The position numbers and the translations under genes are program-made. The notes under the pieces are model-generated. The model worked only from the letters and a program-made list of their open reading frames with translations. It searched no databases and was not told where the DNA came from. 64,000 nt of DNA from Candidatus Hydrogenedens sp. GTDB taxonomy: Bacteria; Hydrogenedentota; Hydrogenedentia; Hydrogenedentales; Hydrogenedentaceae. The stretch spans positions 20,359 to 84,358 of the forward strand of contig DAOSBX010000003.1 of NCBI GenBank assembly GCA_035361075.1, given 5' to 3'. Positions 9,609 to 17,491 of this stretch are shown here, in pieces; the stretch's first letter is position 1; each line of letters starts with the position of its first letter.

Positions 9609-10892
9609 ATGCTTATGTTGAAAAAGAGCACAGTTTCATTTTCTTTATTATGCCTTGTAGGTTTTTTGGTGGATTTTGCAATCATGGCTGGGATTGTCGC
9701 CTTGCCATTTTTAATACTTGAACATATTCCATCTGGAAATACCGCTTTATCTGGAAATGTTTTTGCTGTTCAAATGGCAACCTATACAATCGCATGTCTA
9801 ATAATGTCAAGGATAGTAGGTGAGTCAAAAAATATATTGTTTTGGGCACGTTGGGGAGTTATTATTTTTACCTTTGCTTATCCGCTATTTCCTTTTATTC
9901 CTAATAAATTTACATTATATTTATGTTCAATATTCTCATTTATCGGTATGGCGCTTTCCTGGCCCGCTTTTTATGCATGGGTTGGTACAGAACCGAATGA
10001 ATATAAAAGGCAGAGAAATCTTGCTATATTTAATATGTTATGGAGTCTGGGTTTTACTATGAGTCCGTTAATCTCAGGTCCTCTTTACGATTTTGATTAT
10101 AGGGCTCCCTTTATCTTGGTTTTTTGTGTAAGTCTTTTTTCATTTATTTTACTTATGATTATTCCAGATGCAAGTAAGTATCATCCTATACCTCAAGAAG
10201 CAGAAGACACTTCCCGAGATAAAAGTGTAGAAATGGAAAATAATGGTATTTATTTGTATCCCTATTGGTTAGGAGTTTTTTTAGCAAATTTAATGACAAT
10301 TATTCCAAGGTCGACTTATGCGGAACATTTGAAGCAGATGGTTGCTCAAGGGGAATTGAGGTTTTTATTTGAAAGTATTCCGTCTGCTCTATTACAAACA
10401 GACCCAGCAACAAAGTTTTCCTGGCCATCTGCGATGATGGCATTTGCCACCGCAGGTATTTTTTTGTTATTTGCATGGACCCAATTTTGGAGATATCGAC
10501 TATCTATTTTAATTGTTTCTCAGGCGGTTTGTGCTTTATTCTTTCTTCTTCTCTCTGAAACTAAAAGTATTATTTTAATATGTATCGCTTTTGCAATTAT
10601 AGGGGCTAATCATGGACTAACATTTTTTGCAAGCACCTATTATAGCGTGCATAATCCAAAGCTTAGACATCGTAGGGCATCTATTAATGAGGGATTAATT
10701 GGATTAGGTGGTGTAGTTGGAAGTCTTATATTTGGTTCCCTTGTCGAAAAATATGGTGTGAGATTATCATATAAAATTATAATATTTCTGATTGTGTTGG
10801 TTATTTTTATTGAGATTTTTATTTTTGACTATTTACAAAAAAAAGCACAATATAAATATAGGGATAGTGCTTGTAAATCAGAAAATAAGTAA
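9609..10892 (+). CDS. Divergent MFS-type polytopic transporter
   Basis: 427 aa with about 12 hydrophobic segments in two halves, split by a charged central loop (DASKYHPIPQEAEDTSRDKSVEMEN). Canonical MFS loop motifs are weak. Confidence 0.5.
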   Translation: MLMLKKSTVSFSLLCLVGFLVDFAIMAGIVALPFLILEHIPSGNTALSGNVFAVQMATYTIACLIMSRIVGESKNILFWARWGVIIFTFAYPLFPFIPNKFTLYLCSIFSFIGMALSWPAFYAWVGTEPNEYKRQRNLAIFNMLWSLGFTMSPLISGPLYDFDYRAPFILVFCVSLFSFILLMIIPDASKYHPIPQEAEDTSRDKSVEMENNGIYLYPYWLGVFLANLMTIIPRSTYAEHLKQMVAQGELRFLFESIPSALLQTDPATKFSWPSAMMAFATAGIFLLFAWTQFWRYRLSILIVSQAVCALFFLLLSETKSIILICIAFAIIGANHGLTFFASTYYSVHNPKLRHRRASINEGLIGLGGVVGSLIFGSLVEKYGVRLSYKIIIFLIVLVIFIEIFIFDYLQKKAQYKYRDSACKSENK

Positions 10893-10915
10893 AGAATTAT
10901 TTAAGGGATATTTTT

Positions 10916-11650
10916 ATGAAAAGGTTTGAAAATATCCAGTTTACAAGATATATATTTGCATGGACAATACATTTGTTTACTGCAATGGGTGCCGTGTTTG
11001 GTTTTCTGGCAATTATTGCAATAGGAAGGCATGAATGGCTATTGGCTTTTTATTGGATGGCTATATCTGTATTTATAGATTCAATTGATGGTTTATTTGC
11101 GAGAGCATGTAAAGTGAAAGAAGTTCTTCCACATTTTGATGGGGCATTATTAGATAATATTGTTGATTACTTTACGTATGTTATTGTGCCCGCAAGTTTT
11201 TTATATGAAACTCACAGTGTTCCGCAAAAACTTAATTTATTATCTGCTGTTTTAATAACGTTATCCTCTGCCTATCAATTTTGCCAAGCGGATGCTAAAA
11301 CAGAAGACAATTGGTTTAAAGGATTCCCTTCATATTGGAATATAGTGGTATTTTATATCTTTATGTTAGATTTGCCAAAAGAAATTAATTTTTTAGTTAT
11401 TTTTGTTTTAACTATCGGAGTTTTTATTCCTATACGTTATTTATACCCAAGTCGCACACGTGAGTATCGAATTTTGAATTTATTGCTCGTTTCAATATGG
11501 GCGTTATTGATACTCTTTTCTCTTTGTACGTACCCGAATCATTATAATTATATATATCTTTCGTTGATTTATGTCGCATATTATTTTGGATATAGTGTTT
11601 ATTGGACATATAAATATATGAAGGTTAGAAGAAATGTACCTTGTGAATAA
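10916..11650 (+). CDS. pcs: Phosphatidylcholine synthase (CDP-alcohol phosphatidyltransferase family, Pcs-type)
   Basis: 244 aa polytopic protein. Its motif DGLFAR-x12-GALLDNIVD fits the Pcs variant DG-x2-AR-x12-G-x3-D-x3-D. KVKEVLP, LDN.VDY.TYV..PA and GFPSYWNIVVF resemble rhizobial Pcs as I remember it. Confidence 0.75.
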   Translation: MKRFENIQFTRYIFAWTIHLFTAMGAVFGFLAIIAIGRHEWLLAFYWMAISVFIDSIDGLFARACKVKEVLPHFDGALLDNIVDYFTYVIVPASFLYETHSVPQKLNLLSAVLITLSSAYQFCQADAKTEDNWFKGFPSYWNIVVFYIFMLDLPKEINFLVIFVLTIGVFIPIRYLYPSRTREYRILNLLLVSIWALLILFSLCTYPNHYNYIYLSLIYVAYYFGYSVYWTYKYMKVRRNVPCE

Positions 11651-13190
11651 ATTAATAGAGAAGACAGAGAAAATTCGAATAATAATAGAGGAGCAAGAAT
11701 TCAAGGAATTAGTAATACTTCTATTTTTGGGTATGTCTCTTGTTTCGGTGGCAATATATAATTATTTTTTACAACCTTGGACCCTGGATGATGCCTTTAT
11801 TGCATTTCGATATGCGGAAAATTTTGCAGAGGGAAAAGGAATTGTTTATAACGAAGGGGAATATGTAGAGGGATATACATGTTTTTTATGGGTTGTTTTG
11901 CTGGCAGGGCTAAAAAAACTGGGAATGGATTTACCCTTAACATCTAAAATATTGGGAACATTATTTACTTTTGCAACAATTATCTTAATGTCACAGATAC
12001 ATAAGATTATTGTAGGTACATCATGGTTTGTTTCACTCGTCGGTGTTATTTTGCTCGGAACTTTTGGAACTTTTACTTCCTGGGCTATGAGTGGTATGGA
12101 AACATCCATGACTGCTTTTCTGATTTTTTTAGTTTTTTTATTGTTTGGTGCGTTAGTTTCACGAAATTCTAATTCCAAAGCAGGTTATTTTATGATAGGG
12201 GTTATTACATCTCTTGTAGCGATGTCCCGTCCAGATGCAGGTATTATTTTCCCAGTAATAACATTGGCCTCAATTATAAACGCATTTAAAGACAGGAAAT
12301 GGGTTTCTCCAATTCTTATCATTATCGGTTTTTCTATTGTTTTTGTTCCATATTTTATATGGCGATATTCCTATTATGGATGGTTATTGCCCAATACATT
12401 TTATGTTAAGGTTGGTTCGACATTCGAACAACTAAAAAGGGGATTTTTCTATACACGAGATTTCTTGTTTAGTTGTATGCCAATATTTGCCATTTTTATT
12501 TATGTCCAGTCTATTAAGTTCAAATCTTTACCTACAAGGGGTATTATTGTTTTTTCAATGAGCCTTGCCATGTTTCTTAACATTCTTTATGTGATTGCAG
12601 TTGGTGGTGATTGTATGCCAGCATATCGTTTTTTTACCCCATTTGCTCCATTGCTAATTATGGTTTGTGCTTATGCCTTTTCAATAAGTCAGGTGTCTGT
12701 TATAAAAGGTCTAATTATTGTTTTACTTATAGCAACATTTAATGTATGGCAATTACAAAATGACCGTAAATATTATAAAGAAATAACCTCAGATACAGTA
12801 GCAGAAAAGGGGATGGAAGTGGGCTTATGGCTCCGTGAAAATGCACCGCCAGATGCTGTTGTCGCTACAAACACTGCGGGTAGTGTCGCTTATTATTCTC
12901 GACTTAAAGTTATTGATATGTTAGGATTGAATGATGAACATATTGCCCATCGAAAGATTCCAACATTAGGAAAGGGTTCACCTGGTCATGAAAAAGGAGA
13001 CGGAAAATATGTTTTATCTCGCAAACCTGATTATATAATGTTTAGCTCGCCTCCTGGGAGTAAGGAACCTCGAACCTTATTGAGTGATAGGGAAATAGCC
13101 AGTTCACCTGAATTTAGGGAAAATTATGTATTTAAACAGCACTCGTTACCCTCAGGTAAAATTTTACAAATATATGAAAGGAAAAAGTAA
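11634..13190 (+). CDS. Polytopic membrane protein, GT-C-fold glycosyltransferase-like, with C-terminal soluble domain
   Basis: 518 aa. The first-loop acidic motif LDDAFIAFRYAENFAEGKG recalls the ArnT/PMT D-E/D-x-RYAE loop. About 11 TMs are followed by a ~140 aa hydrophilic domain. It overlaps pcs by 17 nt. Confidence 0.45.
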   Translation: MYLVNKLIEKTEKIRIIIEEQEFKELVILLFLGMSLVSVAIYNYFLQPWTLDDAFIAFRYAENFAEGKGIVYNEGEYVEGYTCFLWVVLLAGLKKLGMDLPLTSKILGTLFTFATIILMSQIHKIIVGTSWFVSLVGVILLGTFGTFTSWAMSGMETSMTAFLIFLVFLLFGALVSRNSNSKAGYFMIGVITSLVAMSRPDAGIIFPVITLASIINAFKDRKWVSPILIIIGFSIVFVPYFIWRYSYYGWLLPNTFYVKVGSTFEQLKRGFFYTRDFLFSCMPIFAIFIYVQSIKFKSLPTRGIIVFSMSLAMFLNILYVIAVGGDCMPAYRFFTPFAPLLIMVCAYAFSISQVSVIKGLIIVLLIATFNVWQLQNDRKYYKEITSDTVAEKGMEVGLWLRENAPPDAVVATNTAGSVAYYSRLKVIDMLGLNDEHIAHRKIPTLGKGSPGHEKGDGKYVLSRKPDYIMFSSPPGSKEPRTLLSDREIASSPEFRENYVFKQHSLPSGKILQIYERKK

Positions 13191-13216
13191 GTATTAAAAG
13201 TTGGATATCTGAAACA

Positions 13217-14005
13217 TTGGATTTGAACGGCTTATATTTATTTTATACTCCCCTTGATTTATTTGCAGAACAAGAGCTCATTTTATACTATAAAAACTCT
13301 CCTTTTTTACCCCAGGACCTCTTAAGTAAGGTTATCTTTTATCGGTCCACAAAAAGGAGGAAAGAATTACTGTTGAGCAGATTCTTAATCCACCAAATTA
13401 TGAATTTAATGGATATTAGTCTACATTTTTACGATTCTTTAATAAAAAAAGATACTTTGTGGTCACCAGAGTCAGGACATGAAAGTAAACATATGTTGCA
13501 TATTTCTTTTAGCCATTCTCAAAATTGGATTGTTTTGGCTCTTGCTGATACACCGTTTTTAAGTATAGATATTGAATGTTCAAATAGAAAAAAGGAAAGA
13601 TTACAATCCATCTTGAGAAGGTTATTTTGCAACTGTCCTATTCCTGATAAATTACACATATTATTACACTTATGGAATGTTCACGAGGCTTTATTAAAAT
13701 TAGGATTTTCTATTGAAGAACAGGAATTGTATGTGAACTATTTGATCTCGAAATTGAAAAATATTGACTATGATGATTTAGATACTACGATTTACAAATT
13801 TGATTATTTAAACATATCATTTTTTCTCTGGCAACAAAGACTATTACCTGGTCCTGGAATTCTGGTAACAAATAAAGTTAACTGCAGATTTGTTAAGGCA
13901 TATCGAATAACAAAAGAGAGTGACATAGAATTAAATAAGCCCTGTAAGAAGTATCTTGCAGGGCTTATAAAACTTGAACGTGTACTTGAACTACCTTTGT
14001 CCTAA
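13217..14005 (+). CDS. Sfp-type 4'-phosphopantetheinyl transferase-like protein (divergent)
   Basis: 262 aa with an apparent TTG start. PPTase-like motifs are RKELLLSRFLI, SFSHSQNWIVLAL...SIDIE (G-x-D-x-E type) and WNVHEALLKL (W-x-x-K-E-A-x-x-K with K replaced by H). Confidence 0.45.
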   Translation: MDLNGLYLFYTPLDLFAEQELILYYKNSPFLPQDLLSKVIFYRSTKRRKELLLSRFLIHQIMNLMDISLHFYDSLIKKDTLWSPESGHESKHMLHISFSHSQNWIVLALADTPFLSIDIECSNRKKERLQSILRRLFCNCPIPDKLHILLHLWNVHEALLKLGFSIEEQELYVNYLISKLKNIDYDDLDTTIYKFDYLNISFFLWQQRLLPGPGILVTNKVNCRFVKAYRITKESDIELNKPCKKYLAGLIKLERVLELPLS

Positions 14006-14008
14006 TGA

Positions 14009-15373
14009 TTATACAGGTAATTCCCAACCTTTACGATATTTCTTTGTTAAATACTTGTTTGCTTTCTTAACATTCGTTATTTTCATAGAAGCCACATCAA
14101 ATTCAATTTTTTCTCCTGCCCAAAGTGCGACATTGCCCATATTAGCAACTTCAGTAAGTGGTCCAGCATATTCGAAGTCAGAGCATGCTTTTTGATTTGA
14201 TTTAATACTTTCTATCCAGTTTGTGAATGGATTTTCATCAGGGATGCGTGGAATAATTGGATCTGGTTTTTTGTAATCCTTCATCTTTTCAGAAGGCACT
14301 AATCTGGAATCACCTCCATAGCAACCTGTTGTTAAGTAACCCTTTGTACCGACAAATAACGAACCATTGTCACCGTCTCCTAATTTTTCATCTGCAGGAA
14401 TTTCAGGTGGTCGTTTAGGTAGTAAGCCACCGTCATACCAATAAATATCAACAGGAGGCATATTGCCCCGTGCGGGGAACTGGTATTTAATTATAGATTT
14501 TCTTGGGGCTGTTTGTGTGTTCATACCCTCTTGCTGAATAACCTCTACGGTATATTTTGGAGCTTCGTATAATTTGAGAGCCCAGAATGCTGGGTCCATA
14601 ATATGGCACGCCATATCGCCAATAGCACCACAACCAAAATCCCACCATCCTCTCCACTTGAATGGTGCATAACCAGGATTATACGGTCTCATAGGAGCAG
14701 GACCTATCCATAAATCCCAGTCAATAGTAGGTGGAACTTCTCTTGCAGGCAAAGGCTTTGTAATACCTTGTGGCCAGATAGGACGATTTGTCCAGATATG
14801 GGCTTCTTTAACATCGCCAATTGCACCTGTCCATATCATCTCGCACAATTCGCGAACTCCATCACCAGCATGCCCTTGATTTCCCATCTGTGTTATTACG
14901 CCTGTTTCTTTTGCCACCTTAGTAAGAAGTCGAGCTTCAGCAATCGTATGTGTTAGTGGTTTCTGAACACGGACATGTTTCCCCATCATCATAGCCATAT
15001 ATGCAGCGGGTGCATGCACATGGTCTGGTGTCGAAATAACAACTGCATCGATTTCTTTGTCAAGTTCTTCTAACATTTTTCTGTAATCTTTATACCTCTT
15101 TGCATTCGGTAACAGATAAAATGTTTCTTCTGCCCTTTTGTCGTCAACGTCGCAGAGTGCAATTATATTTTCACTCTTGCAATTCATAATATCTCCTTTT
15201 CCTTGTCCACCTACACCGATACCCGCAATATTTAATTTTTCATTTGGGGATACTTTTCTCGGAACAACATTTGCAGTATTCACTTTTTGTTTCTTTGCAA
15301 AAGCACTGCCTACTAATGCACATGTCGTTGTTACGGTGAGGAAGGCACGCCTTGTTAATTTACTATCATTCAT
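14009..15373 (-). CDS. Tat-exported Gfo/Idh/MocA-family NAD-binding oxidoreductase (GH109-like architecture)
   Basis: The ORF is open to 15442, but the ATG at 15373 lies 8 nt after GGAGG and starts MNDSKLTRRAFLTVTT (twin-arginine signal). It has a Rossmann motif IAGIGVGGQGKGD and VVISTPDHVHA. Confidence 0.8.
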   Translation of the reverse strand: MNDSKLTRRAFLTVTTTCALVGSAFAKKQKVNTANVVPRKVSPNEKLNIAGIGVGGQGKGDIMNCKSENIIALCDVDDKRAEETFYLLPNAKRYKDYRKMLEELDKEIDAVVISTPDHVHAPAAYMAMMMGKHVRVQKPLTHTIAEARLLTKVAKETGVITQMGNQGHAGDGVRELCEMIWTGAIGDVKEAHIWTNRPIWPQGITKPLPAREVPPTIDWDLWIGPAPMRPYNPGYAPFKWRGWWDFGCGAIGDMACHIMDPAFWALKLYEAPKYTVEVIQQEGMNTQTAPRKSIIKYQFPARGNMPPVDIYWYDGGLLPKRPPEIPADEKLGDGDNGSLFVGTKGYLTTGCYGGDSRLVPSEKMKDYKKPDPIIPRIPDENPFTNWIESIKSNQKACSDFEYAGPLTEVANMGNVALWAGEKIEFDVASMKITNVKKANKYLTKKYRKGWELPV

Positions 15374-15512
15374 AATCTTAACCTCCAGGTTATTGTTGGA
15401 AAATTTGAGTTTTTGGTAAATTTGAAATAGCCCATTAGCCACAGATGACTAATAGATACCACCATTTATGATATATTATATCATTATTAGGTTTCATTTA
15501 ACATTTCATTTT

Positions 15513-15540
15513 TTGATTTTTTGTTTAAAAACGGTAAAAT
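15513..15540 (+). promoter_or_regulatory. Candidate sigma-70-type promoter for the ExeA-like gene
   Basis: TTGATT (15513-15518), a 16-nt spacer, then TAAAAT (15535-15540), 36 nt upstream of the ATG at 15576. The AT-rich background makes chance matches likely. Confidence 0.25.
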
Positions 15541-15575
15541 AGAAATATATAAACAAAAATGATAAGTATAAATTT

Positions 15576-17384
15576 ATGTATGAATCGTTCTATGGTTTAA
15601 AGGAAAAGCCATTTAGTTTAACTCCTGACCCGAAGTACCTCTTTTTAAGCGATAAGCATAAAGAGGCATTTGCCCATCTACTTTTTGGGATAAAAAACAG
15701 GATGGGTTTTATTATGGTCACAGGGGAAATAGGGACAGGGAAAACCACTATTTGTAGAGCGTTATTATCTCAGTTGGATCCAGATACAGAACTCGCTTTT
15801 ATTTTTAATCCTTGTCTTAATTCTGTAGAATTACTTAAAAGGATTCTTTCCGAGTTTGGGGTTCAGTCCAAGTATGAAACCCTACTTGAATTAACAGACC
15901 AGCTTAATGAATTCCTCTTATCAAAATCTCAACAGCAGAAAAATTGTGTTTTAGTTATTGATGAGGCACAAAATCTAACACCTGCAGTTTTAGAACAAAT
16001 TCGCTTGTTATCCAATTTAGAAACAGAAAAGGAAAAACTTTTACAAATAGTATTGATTGGTCAACCAGAATTATTAGAGCGATTAAAACTTCATGAATTA
16101 AGGCAATTAAATCAACGAATTACGGCGAGATACCATTTAATCCCACTTGATGAACAGGAAACACGACAATATATTGCATATCGCCTTCATATCGCTGGTG
16201 GTAAAAAACGAGTTCAGTTTACACCAAAAGCATTGAAGTTGATTTACAAGCACAGCAAAGGAATTCCACGACTTATCAATTCAATATGTGACAGAGCCTT
16301 GTTAGTAGGTTATACACGAGAAAAACATACGATTGACCATGAAATTGTAAAACAGGCAATTAGAGAATTAGAAGGGCAAATTCAACAACCACAAAAAGAA
16401 CAAAAGAAAATAAAAAAATGGAAAAACTTAGTACCGAGCCCTGCTTTTGTTGTGGGTATAGCACTTATCTTAATTGCTTTAAGAATTTGGTTTATTCCTT
16501 TAGATGAAATGGCTCGTGAATTGCGGAAATTTAATAATATGTTTAACCCTACTGATAACGATACGAGTAAGGTATCAACATCTCAAGCGGAAGCGGTTAG
16601 TAAAGATAAGGATATGGGTGTTAATCCCGTTTTGACTTCTCGCATAATAGAAAATTTGTGGGGTCATTTTTTAGAAAATTTTTCAACGCAAACATCAGTT
16701 TCATTGCAAAAAATAGATGAACTAACTGTTGACCCTGAAGTTTCCCGTGTTGAGAGTGCTTTATTATTATTAAGAATGTGGAATTTAGCACTTGTAAAAA
16801 GCCAACCTAACGACAATTCTTCACAGGGGTTAGTTCGGTTTTTTAATGAAAATGGTTTATCTGCGGAAATTCTACAGACAACTGTATCTCATTTATTTGC
16901 TATTGGCCTTCCTTCTATGGTGTATATAAAGAGTCAAGAAAAAGAATTATGGTGCTCTCTTATTCAGGAAAAAGATAATTCAGTTACTTTATTTTTAGGA
17001 CCAAAAAATCTTGTTGAATTGCCAAAGGACCAATTTCGTGCAATGTTTCTAAATCTTGCTGTTATCCCATGGAAAGATGATGCAAGTTATAAATCTTTAG
17101 TTTTAGGCAATTCTGGTGATAATGTGAAGACACTAAAAAAATTACTTCAGAAAGGAGGATGGCTATCTACAACTAATGATACTGATAGATATGATGAGGA
17201 AACAGTGAAAGCAATAAAGAAATTACAGACCGAGATGGGATTACCTGTGGATGGGGTTGCGGGGAAACAGGTTAGGCTTGCACTAAAAAAATGGTCAACG
17301 GATATGTATGTCCCAAATTTGAAAAATCCTCCAATGTTTCTTCTTCATTTTTATTCAGGAAATAGTCAAAACACAAGTATGTAA
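15576..17384 (+). CDS. ExeA/GspA/MshM-like AAA ATPase with TM segment and C-terminal peptidoglycan-binding domain
   Basis: N-terminus FYGLKEKPFSLTPDPKYLF, Walker A GEIGTGKTT, Walker B VLVIDEAQNL, and a TM (FVVGIALILIALRIWFI). The C-terminal PG_binding_1-like segment is YDEETVKAIKKLQTEMGLPVDGVAGKQ. Confidence 0.8.
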   Translation: MYESFYGLKEKPFSLTPDPKYLFLSDKHKEAFAHLLFGIKNRMGFIMVTGEIGTGKTTICRALLSQLDPDTELAFIFNPCLNSVELLKRILSEFGVQSKYETLLELTDQLNEFLLSKSQQQKNCVLVIDEAQNLTPAVLEQIRLLSNLETEKEKLLQIVLIGQPELLERLKLHELRQLNQRITARYHLIPLDEQETRQYIAYRLHIAGGKKRVQFTPKALKLIYKHSKGIPRLINSICDRALLVGYTREKHTIDHEIVKQAIRELEGQIQQPQKEQKKIKKWKNLVPSPAFVVGIALILIALRIWFIPLDEMARELRKFNNMFNPTDNDTSKVSTSQAEAVSKDKDMGVNPVLTSRIIENLWGHFLENFSTQTSVSLQKIDELTVDPEVSRVESALLLLRMWNLALVKSQPNDNSSQGLVRFFNENGLSAEILQTTVSHLFAIGLPSMVYIKSQEKELWCSLIQEKDNSVTLFLGPKNLVELPKDQFRAMFLNLAVIPWKDDASYKSLVLGNSGDNVKTLKKLLQKGGWLSTTNDTDRYDEETVKAIKKLQTEMGLPVDGVAGKQVRLALKKWSTDMYVPNLKNPPMFLLHFYSGNSQNTSM

Positions 17385-17491
17385 TAACTGTGTAAAAAAT
17401 TTAATAGATAAATATGCCAATGGGTATACGTTTTGCAATTTAAAAGGATGTTAGGATGGATGGATAAATAACAATCTTTTTAGGAGAATGG

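Noticed and set aside
9820-10062. Same-strand alternative-frame ORFs inside longer genes (also 7930-8115, 23662-23913, 27469-27663, 50463-50660)
   Set aside because: They are fully nested in CDS whose primary frame carries the diagnostic motifs. There is no evidence for frameshifting signals.
11846-12178. 110-aa antisense ORF in the GT-C membrane protein gene, and similar ones at 39950-40282, 21884-22207 and 8949-9194
   Set aside because: All of them sit inside longer CDS that have motifs. None has an RBS or recognisable domains.
15468-15484. 17-bp palindrome ATGATATA-T-TATATCAT between the oxidoreductase and exeA-like genes
   Set aside because: It is composed almost entirely of A/T in an AT-rich intergenic region, and the chance expectation is high. 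No similar site was seen elsewhere in the window.
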